From NCBI GenBank assembly GCA_044440125.1, contig JBITAJ010000028.1, positions 32,001-96,000 of the forward strand: DNA of 64,000 nucleotides, in the 5' to 3' direction. A program made the translations under genes and the position numbers. Origin of the DNA: Sedimentisphaeraceae bacterium JB056 (GTDB lineage Bacteria > Planctomycetota > Phycisphaerae > Sedimentisphaerales > Sedimentisphaeraceae). Positions 10,225-21,100 of the stretch are shown here, one piece after another. Numbering within the stretch: the stretch's first letter is position 1; each line of letters begins with the position of its first letter. The notes under the pieces were generated by a model that saw only the letters and a program-made list of their open reading frames with translations, ran no database searches and had not been told where the DNA came from.

Positions 10225-10285
10225 AATATACACTTATATTTTAGTTAAATTCAGCTCAAAACAAAAGATATTCCAAACCAAATCA

Positions 10286-12145
10286 TCAACCTACAACTAC
10301 AGCTTCATCGGGGTAGCTGTACTTGCTCGTTTTCGTATTGAACATAAAGGACGCCAGAAGTGTAAGAGGCCCAAGTCTTCCTGTAAGCATCGCAGCAATA
10401 ATTACGACCTTGCCTGCACTCGAGAGGGCCGCTGTAATACCAGTACTAAGCCCAACAGTTCCCATGGCTGAAGCAGCCTCAAACGCAATATCCATCATTG
10501 TAAAATCGCTCTGCCTTTCAGTTACACACAACGCAAAAATCGCAACAAGCAGAGCAATTATGTAGAATACCATAACCGTAAGTGCCCTGCCTATAATAAC
10601 ATACCTTATAGACCTTTTAAATATCTCTACCTCACCGCGGCCAAGGACAGTCGTCCACACAGCCATCACCAACACAACAAGTGTTACCGTCTTTATACCA
10701 CCTGCAGTTGAGCCGGGGCTGCCGCCTATACACATCAATACTATCGTCCACAACTTACTGGCACCGCTCAACTGCGATATGTCTACCGTATTGAATCCGG
10801 CCGTTCTCGATGTAACGCTCATAAAAGCCGCGTCCATAAAACGTCTGAATCCATTTTCATACCTTAGCCCTGCGTTGCCGGGATGGTTCTTCATTAGAAC
10901 CATAAACCCAATAGTTCCACCAATAATCAAACAGCCTGTTGCAAGCAAAGTAATCTTGCTTTGCAACCTCAACCTTTTCGGCTGCTGCGGCAGCATTAAG
11001 TCTGCCGGATGGGTGAATTTATACAATAAAATCCTAAATTTGTCCACAATTAAATTGGAAATATTATAAAGCACACTAAAGCCTAACCCTCCGATAACAA
11101 TAAGAGGGCAAACCACCCAATAAATCTCGCCGGAATAGGCATACTTCATGAAACTGTCACCAAAAAGAGCAAACCCCGCATTACAAAACGCACTTATAGA
11201 ATGAAATACGCTGTAATATATTTTTTGGCCTGCAGTTAGGTCGATTCCAGAAACCGTATCCCACATAGAATACAGTCCTGCGGCACCCAACGTTTCAGCT
11301 ATAATCGTAAACATAAAAACAAAACCAATCATACGCCCTATACGGCTAACAGTATCGGCACTCAAAAGGTCCTGCATGGCCACTGATTCACTAAGAGAAA
11401 ACGCCTTGCCGAAAAGCTGGGCAATAACCGCTCCAAATATCACAATACCAAGGCCGCCAAGCTGTATCAGAATCAAGATAACAAACTGCCCGTATATAGT
11501 AAAATCAGAACCTGTATCTTTTACAATAAGCCCTGTTACACATGCGGCACTGGTAGTTGTAAAGCATGCATCAACAACACTCAGATGACCATTATTGTGA
11601 AATGTAGGCAGCATCAGGAACCCGGCACCACCAAGAATAAGAACAATGAAGGAAATTACCAATATTCGCATTGGATTGCGGCCAGTAGCTGCAATCCGAA
11701 CCGTAAAACGACAAAGCTTATCCACAACCTGAATAATCAGGTATACACCCAAAGCAGTGCCTATTACCTTTTCAGGAATAAGTGTTGGAAAAAAACGGCT
11801 TGAAAATAGACTTATAACAACTAACCCAAACAACATTGGTATCTCAAGCCAGTTCTCACGGAGATATGCCAATTTGCTTTCTGATTTGCAGAGATTGTAA
11901 TATTTCTCTAAGACAAAGTATAAAAAGGCGAAAAAGTGGAATATATGCAGATACTCTATCTTTACTGGCGGGGTATAGAAACCAAAAAGAAGCACGAAGC
12001 TTACAATTACAAGCGTCCCTGCAATAAAGTTAAGCCAGTTTAAATCCCTAAAAAAGCTTTCTGGCAAACCAAAAAACGATAAGATTTTCAGTCCATCAGC
12101 TTTATTTTTTTGCTTTGGGTCATTCCCTTGCATTTTATCTGTCAC
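10286..12145 (-). CDS. trkH: TrkH/KtrB family K+ uptake protein with an extra N-terminal 4-TM domain
   Basis: Four pore motifs SAACVTGL, SAFCNAGF, TSRTAGF and SAMGTVGL; GGSPGSTAGGIKT; GRLGPLT. Confidence 0.9.
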   Translation of the reverse strand: MTDKMQGNDPKQKNKADGLKILSFFGLPESFFRDLNWLNFIAGTLVIVSFVLLFGFYTPPVKIEYLHIFHFFAFLYFVLEKYYNLCKSESKLAYLRENWLEIPMLFGLVVISLFSSRFFPTLIPEKVIGTALGVYLIIQVVDKLCRFTVRIAATGRNPMRILVISFIVLILGGAGFLMLPTFHNNGHLSVVDACFTTTSAACVTGLIVKDTGSDFTIYGQFVILILIQLGGLGIVIFGAVIAQLFGKAFSLSESVAMQDLLSADTVSRIGRMIGFVFMFTIIAETLGAAGLYSMWDTVSGIDLTAGQKIYYSVFHSISAFCNAGFALFGDSFMKYAYSGEIYWVVCPLIVIGGLGFSVLYNISNLIVDKFRILLYKFTHPADLMLPQQPKRLRLQSKITLLATGCLIIGGTIGFMVLMKNHPGNAGLRYENGFRRFMDAAFMSVTSRTAGFNTVDISQLSGASKLWTIVLMCIGGSPGSTAGGIKTVTLVVLVMAVWTTVLGRGEVEIFKRSIRYVIIGRALTVMVFYIIALLVAIFALCVTERQSDFTMMDIAFEAASAMGTVGLSTGITAALSSAGKVVIIAAMLTGRLGPLTLLASFMFNTKTSKYSYPDEAVVVG

Positions 12146-12186
12146 AATAGTAATAAGGGCTTAAAAACCCTGAAAAACTATAAAAA

Positions 12187-12927
12187 TTAATCAAACTCAT
12201 CACCCTTAAACATTCTTCCAAGATAGCTCTTCTTCACAAGATCGTCTTTGATAATCTCTGAAGGTTGGCCGGAAGCTATTACACGACCATGATCCATAAT
12301 GTAAGCTTTATCAACCACCTCAAGAGTTCTTTCTACATTATGATCTGTTATAAGTATGCTAACCCCTGATTCTACAAGGGCATATATCTCTTTTTGTAAT
12401 TCTTCGACAGCAATAGGATCAACGCCGCTGAAGGGCTCATCAAGCAGGATGAGAGATGGATTTGTCACCATCGCGCGGGCAATCTCGAGCTTTCGTCTTT
12501 CGCCTCCGGAAAGGAATTTCGCCTGCGACTTAAAAACCTCTGCCAATCCAAAACGCTCAGCAAGCTCAGAAGCAATTCTATTTCGCTCTTTCCGGGAATA
12601 CGGCATGGTCTCAAGTATTGCCTTAAGATTATCCTCGACGCTGAGACGCTGAAAGACACTCGGTTCCTGTGAAAGATAACCCATTCCAAGCCTTGATCGC
12701 TTGAACATCGGCTGTTTGCTTATATCATGACCATCGAACATGACTTCGCCGCAATCGGGTATTACCATACCTATGCACATACGGAAAGTCGTTGTCTTAC
12801 CGGCACCATTGCGACCCAACAATCCAACTATGGATTTGCGTTCCACTGAAATGGAAACCTCATTGACGACAGTTCTGCCGGAATAACGTTTTATAAGTCC
12901 TTTAGTTTCAAGCAGTTTCTCTGCCAC
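12187..12927 (-). CDS. lptB: LPS export ABC transporter ATP-binding protein
   Basis: GRNGAGKTT, GYLSQEPSVF, LSGGERRKLEIAR, LLDEPFSGVDPIAV, ITDHNV. Confidence 0.92.
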   Translation of the reverse strand: MAEKLLETKGLIKRYSGRTVVNEVSISVERKSIVGLLGRNGAGKTTTFRMCIGMVIPDCGEVMFDGHDISKQPMFKRSRLGMGYLSQEPSVFQRLSVEDNLKAILETMPYSRKERNRIASELAERFGLAEVFKSQAKFLSGGERRKLEIARAMVTNPSLILLDEPFSGVDPIAVEELQKEIYALVESGVSILITDHNVERTLEVVDKAYIMDHGRVIASGQPSEIIKDDLVKKSYLGRMFKGDEFD

Positions 12928-13355
12928 AGCTTACCTCGTATATCAATTCTGCCTAAATTCACAATTATTATGCAGAAATAGTTAAAATATAATAACTTAT
13001 CGTAGATGAAACGATAAGGATCAATAAAAAGGCGAACCACAATATTTCGCCCTGCAAATCGTATCGAAATGAGCTTTATCTTGCAAGAAATAAATTAAAA
13101 AGTTAGTAAGCGTTCAAGCCGCTACTTAGAATCCTACTTTAAGACACAGTAGTTGCTGTTTGCGAAAAACCCAAACGGTATTCAACTTATAAAGCATTAG
13201 TGTTTTAGGTAAACGTGTGAACAGCTGCAGAAATTAGCCCTTCCTTTAATTTTAAACTTGCCGGTATTAAATATTTATGAAATATGCCTAAAAAATAAGC
13301 AGGCGACCATAAATACGACCACCTGCCTACTAATGTTTGGTGATTTTCTGAAAAA

Positions 13356-14303
13356 TTATTCGGTAGAGCTTACCTCAAGAGTCTTTATATATCGGGTATA
13401 TTCGCTATCTGTAGAGAACATAATAGTTGAACCCTTGAGATTCTCTTTATAGCTTTCCATAGTTTTGAGGAAAGAATAAAATTCCGGATCGAGTGAATAA
13501 GCCTCTGCGTATATCTTTATCGCCTTAGCATCAGCTTCACCGCGAAGTTCTTCTGATGTCCTGTAAGCCTCTGAAAGAATCCTCTTCTGCTCATTTTCAC
13601 TCTCACCCTGAATACGCATCATCTCACCCTCACCTTCAGAGCGATACTCCGCGGCAACTCGAAGACGTTCCTCAACCATACGTTCATAAACCTTTTTCTG
13701 AACCTGCTCAGTATAGTTTATGCGTTTGATCTTGACATCGACCAATTCAATTCCAAAGCTGACCACAGCTTCTTTAGCACTCTCAAGTATGAGCATTTCT
13801 ATATCACTACGGCCTTTTTTGACATTCTGAAGCTCTTTATCACGTTCGCCTTCGATATCAACCTTTATGATCATATCCCTGTCAGAATCGCGAACCGCTT
13901 CGATAAGGTAATTGCTTGATATCAAGTTTCTCACCTCTGAATTGATTATATCATCAAGCCTGCTGTGAGCCGCCTCTTCATTTCCTAAAAGAGTCTTCAT
14001 ATAGAGAAGAGGATCGACAATACGCCATCTTGCGAATGTATCTACCAAAATATAACGTTTCTCAAGAGTAGGAAGCTGATTGGGCTTACCATCCCATTCA
14101 AGCAGCCTTTTATCAAAATAGTTGACCTTCTGAACAAATGGAAGCTTCAGTTTGAGTCCGGCATCTTTCTCTACTCGCTTGTACTCGCCAAACTGCGTTA
14201 TAACAACCTGCTTGGTTTCAGGAACAACATAAAGAAATGAATTAAACGCTATCGCCAGTATAAGGACGATTATTGATATTGTAAGCAGTGTTTTATTTTG
14301 CAT
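13356..14303 (-). CDS. hflC: FtsH protease modulator HflC
   Basis: SPFH domain with N-terminal TM; YRSEGEGE, RGEADA and DPEFYSFLKTMESY motifs; follows hflK. Confidence 0.92.
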   Translation of the reverse strand: MQNKTLLTISIIVLILAIAFNSFLYVVPETKQVVITQFGEYKRVEKDAGLKLKLPFVQKVNYFDKRLLEWDGKPNQLPTLEKRYILVDTFARWRIVDPLLYMKTLLGNEEAAHSRLDDIINSEVRNLISSNYLIEAVRDSDRDMIIKVDIEGERDKELQNVKKGRSDIEMLILESAKEAVVSFGIELVDVKIKRINYTEQVQKKVYERMVEERLRVAAEYRSEGEGEMMRIQGESENEQKRILSEAYRTSEELRGEADAKAIKIYAEAYSLDPEFYSFLKTMESYKENLKGSTIMFSTDSEYTRYIKTLEVSSTE

Positions 14304-15270
14304 TTTCCTGCTCTCCTAACCTCATAAATGGAACAAGCCCTTGAATATCTTCGTCAATTATGTATTTCTTCTCAAGGTTCGGCAATACCTCGCCCATAGC
14401 CTCAAGATACATACGTCTTCTGGTCACGTCCTTGCTGTTCTTATATTCCTCATATATCTGGGTAAATCTCGATGCATCACCCTCAGCATTGTTAACTCTT
14501 TCAACAGAATAGGCCTGAGCCTGCTTAATAAACTGCTGAGCCTGACCTCTTGTCATTGGTATGATCTCATTATATTGCTTACGGGCAGTGTTTACAAGAC
14601 GCTCTTTCTCCTGTTGAGCTGCATTTACCTCATTGAAAGCATGCTTAACACTCTCAGGGGGATTAACATCCTGCAAACGCACTGCTTCGATTCTTATACC
14701 CGACTTATAGCTGTTGAGTATCTCCTGCATCTGGCTGGCAGCCACATCGTTTATTTCAACCCTTCGTTCAGTAAGCACCTCATCAACCGATGAATCACCA
14801 ACAATATTTCTCATGACTGCCTCAGCGACATCACGTATGATACGCTGCGGATTACGCACATTGAACAGGTAGTCTTTGGGGTCCGAAACCCTGTATTGAA
14901 CGATCCACTCAACATCTGCCACACTCAAATCACCGCAAAGCATCAGAGATTCCTCCAGATACTTTCTATCGGCATATCGACTTTCAACTCCCGGTTGGAG
15001 AGTTCTGAATCCAAACTCCTCTTTAAAAACAGTGGTAAATTTAGGCGTTTGCACAGTTTCGACACCAAAAGGTATCTTGAAATGCAAGCCCGGATCAGTT
15101 ATACGGCTGAATTTGCCGAAACGAAGAACGACACCCTTCTCATCGGTATCAACTGTATAATAAGAGCTCGTTAAAGCACTTATAATCAGTATCGCTACGA
15201 TACCTATAAGCATGTACCGACTAAAAGCCTGAGGGTTAGGCGGTCTGAATTGAAATTCTTGATTTTCCAT
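14293..15270 (-). CDS. hflK: FtsH protease modulator HflK
   Basis: GVVLRFGK, PGLHFKIPF, DVNPPESV..AF.EV and VTRRRMYLE motifs. Confidence 0.92.
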   Translation of the reverse strand: MENQEFQFRPPNPQAFSRYMLIGIVAILIISALTSSYYTVDTDEKGVVLRFGKFSRITDPGLHFKIPFGVETVQTPKFTTVFKEEFGFRTLQPGVESRYADRKYLEESLMLCGDLSVADVEWIVQYRVSDPKDYLFNVRNPQRIIRDVAEAVMRNIVGDSSVDEVLTERRVEINDVAASQMQEILNSYKSGIRIEAVRLQDVNPPESVKHAFNEVNAAQQEKERLVNTARKQYNEIIPMTRGQAQQFIKQAQAYSVERVNNAEGDASRFTQIYEEYKNSKDVTRRRMYLEAMGEVLPNLEKKYIIDEDIQGLVPFMRLGEQENAK

Positions 15271-15701
15271 ATACTCTTTCTCTTAAAACATCTCGATTCT
15301 CTATAATTACATGACCTAACAACTGTCCTATAGTAACATACATATAACAATTCGTCAATTATCAAATTACCGCTCCCCAAAATATCGGAAGATTCCAGAT
15401 AAACCAATTTATTGCCATTTTAAGACAAATCTTCAGTTCACCCCAAACATTGTTAAATGATACAAGCTCAATTCTTCCCAAAATTGTTTATAAGATTCTG
15501 AGAACCGCAATTACCACTCTCAATTATATATTTCAAACATTTCGCCCTTTCACCTCTGCGTCCTATCGTCTAATAATTAATTTGGGGCCTTTAATGAATT
15601 TCGTAGTTAAAGCCTTGCAAGATTATTTAATTTAGGTAGTATTATTGAATTAATAATTTCGCATAGGGTTATTGCTAAATCACTTTAATTAGAAGGTTAA
15701 T

Positions 15702-16799
15702 ATGAAAAGCATCAATGAAAAATATGCTGAGGTTCTTGTTGATTATTCAATGAGAGTCAAAAAAGGTGATAAAGTCCTTATTTGCGGCAGCTATCTTGCC
15801 GAGCCGCTGATAAGAGAGGTATATAAAGAAGCCATAAAACGCGGCGGACTGCCAGAAACAAAGGTATCAATTGCGGGCACAGAAAAGATTCTTTATGAAC
15901 ACGCCAGCGATGAGCAGCTCAAATATATCTCACCTGTTCAGAAGCTCTACTACAATGAATATGACTGTTTGCTCAACATAGACTCACCATTCAACCTCAA
16001 AGAGCTTCAGAATGTAGACCCTGCAAAAAAGCAAGCCGTCTCGATAGCAAGAACCGAACTCAATAAGGTATTTATGGAACGCTCAGCAGCCGGCGATCTC
16101 CGCTGGACACTCTGCGTCCACCCAACCAACTCAGGTTCTCAGGAAGCGGGCATGAGCCTTGCCGAATACGAAGATTTCGTATATTCAGCATGTTTTCTGT
16201 ATGATGAAGACCCGCTTGCAAGCTGGAAAAGCCTTGCCGCCAAGCAGCAGCGTGTTGTGGATGAATTGAACAAAGCAACCAAAATCGAGTATAAGAGTGA
16301 TGATGTTGATGTAAGTTTCTCCTGCGATGGCCGTAAATGGATCAATTCCGCAGGAACATTCAATATGCCTTCAGGTGAAGTATTTACCACACCCGTTGAG
16401 GATTCTGTCAACGGCAAGGTAAGATTTTCATACCCCGGCATATTCATGGGACAGGAAATAGAAGACATAACGCTTGAGATCAAAGACGGACTTGTAGTAA
16501 AATGGGACGCGAAGAAAGGTCGCGAGCTTCTTGATAAAGTATTCGAAATCGAAGGAGCAAGACGCTTTGGCGAAGCTGCCGTAGGAACAAACAAAGGCAT
16601 ACAGAAATTCACAAGAAACATGCTCTTTGACGAAAAAATAGGCGGCACAATACACATGGCAGTAGGCGCGGCTTACCCTGAAACAGGCGGCAAAAACGAA
16701 TCAAGCATCCACTGGGATCTGCTTGCCGACATGACAAAAAACAGTTATATAAAGGCGGATGGAAAGGTAGTTTACGAAAATGGCGAATTCATCATCTAA
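15702..16799 (+). CDS. M29 (AmpS/AmpT) thermophilic-type aminopeptidase
   Basis: NMPSGEVFT, LFDEKIGGTIHMAVGAAY and NESSIHWD motifs. Confidence 0.9.
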   Translation: MKSINEKYAEVLVDYSMRVKKGDKVLICGSYLAEPLIREVYKEAIKRGGLPETKVSIAGTEKILYEHASDEQLKYISPVQKLYYNEYDCLLNIDSPFNLKELQNVDPAKKQAVSIARTELNKVFMERSAAGDLRWTLCVHPTNSGSQEAGMSLAEYEDFVYSACFLYDEDPLASWKSLAAKQQRVVDELNKATKIEYKSDDVDVSFSCDGRKWINSAGTFNMPSGEVFTTPVEDSVNGKVRFSYPGIFMGQEIEDITLEIKDGLVVKWDAKKGRELLDKVFEIEGARRFGEAAVGTNKGIQKFTRNMLFDEKIGGTIHMAVGAAYPETGGKNESSIHWDLLADMTKNSYIKADGKVVYENGEFII

Positions 16800-17604
16800 G
16801 ATAAAGAATCTGCTCTGTTGCGGCGGACACGATCACTGCCACGATCACACGCTTTCAGAAGAACTGAAAGAACATATCCCATTTACGCTTATAGGCGCAT
16901 TGTCGGGTATAATACTGATGGTGATATTCAACAAATTCTTCTCAGGCCATGGATACAAACTATTCAGAATATTCCATCCACTTCACGTAATACTCTCAGC
17001 CTTCGCCACAACAATGCTCTACAGGCTTCGCGCCCCCAAAAGCTCCTTGCTGAAACTGGTTATCATCGGTTATGTTGGAGCAATCGGAGTAGCCACAATA
17101 AGCGACTGCTTGATTCCATATTGCGGCGAAAGAATCATGGGGATAGCTGTTCCAAGCCATTCGCATGACCATACGGAACACGGGCATGAAGAACATGATC
17201 ACACCGAACATGTAGAAGAAGCAGCGACGCATCCGGTAGAAGATGGACATGACCACGAAACCTGCGATGAGCATACACCCGTCGCAGAAAAGCATGTTCC
17301 AGGAAGACCGGATATACATATCGGCTTTATCGAAGACTGGAAAACGGTCAATTCTGCCGCTATACTCGGTATCATACTGGGTATATTCTTTACCGCCGGA
17401 AAACTGCCTCATACAACCCACGTACTCGTAAGCACATGGGCCTCAATGGCGCATATCATGATGAACACGGCAAACCACCTAACTCCAATCAATTATGTTG
17501 GCATCTTCGTGGTTCTTTTCATAGCAGTGTGGCTGCCCTGCTGCCTGAGTGATATAGTATTCCCAACACTCTTCAGTCTCAAAAGCATAAACCCGGACGA
17601 CTGA
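16780..17604 (+). CDS. His-rich membrane protein, putative metal transporter or metal-binding protein
   Basis: About 6-7 TM segments; CCGGHDHCHDH N-terminus; long His/Glu-rich loop; HPLH, HTTH and PCC.SD motifs; start uncertain. Confidence 0.6.
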   Translation: MANSSSKIKNLLCCGGHDHCHDHTLSEELKEHIPFTLIGALSGIILMVIFNKFFSGHGYKLFRIFHPLHVILSAFATTMLYRLRAPKSSLLKLVIIGYVGAIGVATISDCLIPYCGERIMGIAVPSHSHDHTEHGHEEHDHTEHVEEAATHPVEDGHDHETCDEHTPVAEKHVPGRPDIHIGFIEDWKTVNSAAILGIILGIFFTAGKLPHTTHVLVSTWASMAHIMMNTANHLTPINYVGIFVVLFIAVWLPCCLSDIVFPTLFSLKSINPDD

Positions 17605-18137
17605 TTATCTAAGCAATACAAAACAGATGGGAATTTACTATAAGTTAGATTCCGGCAAAGCCGAAAGGTGATGCCGGAAGTATCATAAGCGGTGTAAGGG
17701 ATAACGGCAATCGCCTAATCACAAACAACCACTACAAAGTCTGTAGACGCCCCATCAACATTTTCTGCTCATACCATCATCCATTGCCAATATTTCATTA
17801 AAACCGTTCTGGTAACATTAGTAAAATCACTAATATCAACAACTTAGACCACTCCCTCATTTTAAGACACCTGCCCCCGTTTCGTTATCGGGGAAGATGG
17901 TTTTTCGGATGTTACTGACTTGGAGACCGCGGTTGTTTAAAATTACTTTGCAGAAAATATTTATCTTTCTTATTTGAAGAAGACATTGTTATTTTACTAA
18001 AAGGCATTGAATTAGTAAGCAAAGAATGTTATTCTAATCATAAGCAGTGTATCAAATTTAGAAATGGACTTATTATGTAAGTAGAGACATTACTACTATA
18101 TTACTGCGTGGGACAAGTGTGTTGTTGAGGAAACTAT

Positions 18138-21100
18138 ATGACAAAGATAAATCAAATTCAAAATGCCATCAGAGAGTTAGATGGAGGCGCTTTTCAGAAA
18201 TTAGCGGATGAATATCTACAAAAGATTGGTTATCGCCCAATTAACCCAATAGGCTCCGTTGTAGGCAGTAATAAAGTTCGAAAAGGAACTCCTGATACAT
18301 TAATACCACTACCAAACGGAAAATATATTTTTGCGGAACATACCACTATTGCTCAAAACCAAGTCTGTGGAAAGTTTACAGAAGACATAGACAAATGTTT
18401 CGATGAAAGCAAGACAGGTGTTCCAGTTAGCAAAATAGAAAGGATTGTCTTATGTTATACCTCACAGTTGTCGTCTGGCGAGATAGAGAGTTTGCAAAAA
18501 AAGTGCCGAGAAGCCGGTGTAAATCTTAATCATTATGGACTTTCCTCCATTTCCTATGACCTGCTCCAGAAATATCCCGGTGTTGCTAAAGATAATCTTG
18601 GGGTCGAGGTAGATACCGGGCAAATTGTCGATTTGGATAGATTTATATCCTTATATGAAAAGAATAAGCTGACAACAACACTTGAAACTGCTTTTCATTT
18701 CAGGGATAAAGAAATAAACGATCTGCTTTTATCACTGGAGAATAATGACATAACGATAATATCAGGTAAGGCAGGAGTTGGTAAGTCGAGAATTGCGGTC
18801 GAATGTTTTCGGCAGTTTTTAGATGAAAATGATACTTACAAAGCTTATTGTATCTTTAACCAGAACGTTGAATTTTATGAAGATATTCGATCTTATTTTT
18901 CTGATTCCGGTAATTTTCTGATCTTTGTTGATGATGCTAACAGGGTTAGCGGATTCCAATATATAGTGCAACGGCTCCAGGTAAAACGTGATGATCAGAA
19001 TTTTAAGGTTCTGGTAACAGTTCGCGACTACGCATTAGAAAATGTCAAACAAATATGCAAGCCATTCGGGGAATACCAAGAAGTATGCCTGAACGCTTTT
19101 ACAGAGCAAGAGATAAAAACGCTTGTTCAAGATGAATTTGAGATAACTAATCATCTTTATTTAGAGAGGATAGCGGATATATCGCAAGGCAACGCCAGAT
19201 TGGCGGTAATGGCTGCATTGGTTGCAAAAGAACATGATACGCTCGAAGCCATAAGAGATGCATCTGCGTTATATGATAAATATTATTCATCAATAAAAAC
19301 CGATCTTGAAGCATTGAAAGATGAAGATATATTGAAGGTAGCGGGTATTGTGGCATTCTTTAGAAATATAGATAACACTAACACTGAATTTATGCAGTTG
19401 ATCGAAAGATTATTTGGAATACCTTGCGACGCATTCTGGAGCAAAGTCAAAAAGCTTCATGATATGGAAATACTGGACATGTACGAAAATGAAGTAGTTA
19501 AGGTTTCTGATCAAGTTCTTGCAACATATATTCTATATCTGGTGTTTTTTAAGGATGAAATTTTAGATTTATCGATTATCATTGAAGAGTTATTTCCTAA
19601 ATTTAAGCAACATATTGTTGAAACAATAAATCCAATAATTAATAACTTCAACTTTGATGAAATTAAAACGGATTTGCACTCTGCGATTGACAAAGTATGG
19701 GATAAAATCAAAATTAGAGACAAAAACGTGTTTCGACAACTTGTCAACATGCTTGGGCCTCTTTTGAAACCTGATGAAACGTTAAGTCTTATTCAGGAAG
19801 ATATTAAAAGTATGGATTTTGAAGATGTGGATATTGATAAAGTAGAATTTACGACCAAGTCCAATTCAAGCCTGCCCGAATTCTTGTCTGTGCTTCCTTC
19901 ATTTATAAATTCAAAAACATACACAGGTATATCCATAGATTTGCTGTTGTGTTATGTAAAAAAGAGACCCAAGGATACCTCTATTATTTTGCATTGTCTT
20001 ACAGATTCATACGGGTTCAATCTGTATTCTTACAGACTTGGTTATTATGTTCAATTCGAAGTAGTCAACAGATTGTTTAGGCGCAGTGATTCAGGACAAA
20101 ATGAGTACTTCTCAAGGTTATTCATTGCGTTATCTGAAAATTATCTACACACTCATTTTACAAGCTTTACAGAAAGAAAAGGGGCTGGAAATATATGTCA
20201 ATTTCTGTTGCCTGTATCTGATGAATTATGTGATTTAAGAAAACGGATATGGAATAATCTGTTTAATATTTATCAAATAGAGTATATGCAGAAATATATA
20301 CTTGATTTGTTGTTTGGTCATTCAGATTTCCATCATCATTCTATGCCTGGAAACATTGAGTCCGCGAAAGATATTATCAAAGCAGATGCACAGATAGTTC
20401 TTGCATTTTTCAAAAAGGAATTTGATGTTAATGATCTCTATCAGTGTATGATTGTTCAAAAATATCTCAAGATGCTGAAAAGACTTGGTCTTTCTTACGA
20501 TAAAGAAATAGAAACCAGCTTCACCTCTGCAACTTATTATTTATATAACCTATTTACCAACAAGATGGACAAGGCAGAGTTAAAGTTAAATCACAAGGAT
20601 TTTGAAGAATACAGGAAGAAAAAAATAAGCAAGCTAACAAGATCATTCAGTTTGGTCGATTATCAAAGCCTAATTGCCGAGATTTCTGAAATTATGAAGG
20701 TATCTAACGGGCATGCCAGTTGGGAGATTGAACGTGGTATTTCTTACATATTTGACGATCTTGCGGAAAAAGATCCTTCACTTTATGTTGAAGTTGTGAA
20801 AAGTTGCCTGATATCCGATAAACAATTGAGATTTGATGCATGGAGAGTAGTACCTAACCTTTTTAAGTTTTGTGGGGTCTCTGAGACATTTGAAATCTTA
20901 TCAAATGTGAACCGTTCGGATAAAGAGATGTGGTTATTCAACTATTATGTTTATCTACCTGAAGATTCGATAAGTCCAATTCATTTCAAAGAGTTGTCTG
21001 ACTTATATTCCACTGCCAAAGTTGAATGTATGACAAATGGGTTTGATTTTCTCTTAAAATATGAGGAAGTAGAAAAAGGGTATATTTTAAGCATACTTAA

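Noticed and set aside
12930..13350. Several short hairpins in the hflC-lptB spacer
   Set aside because: Stems are short and imperfect, consistent with a terminator plus promoter region
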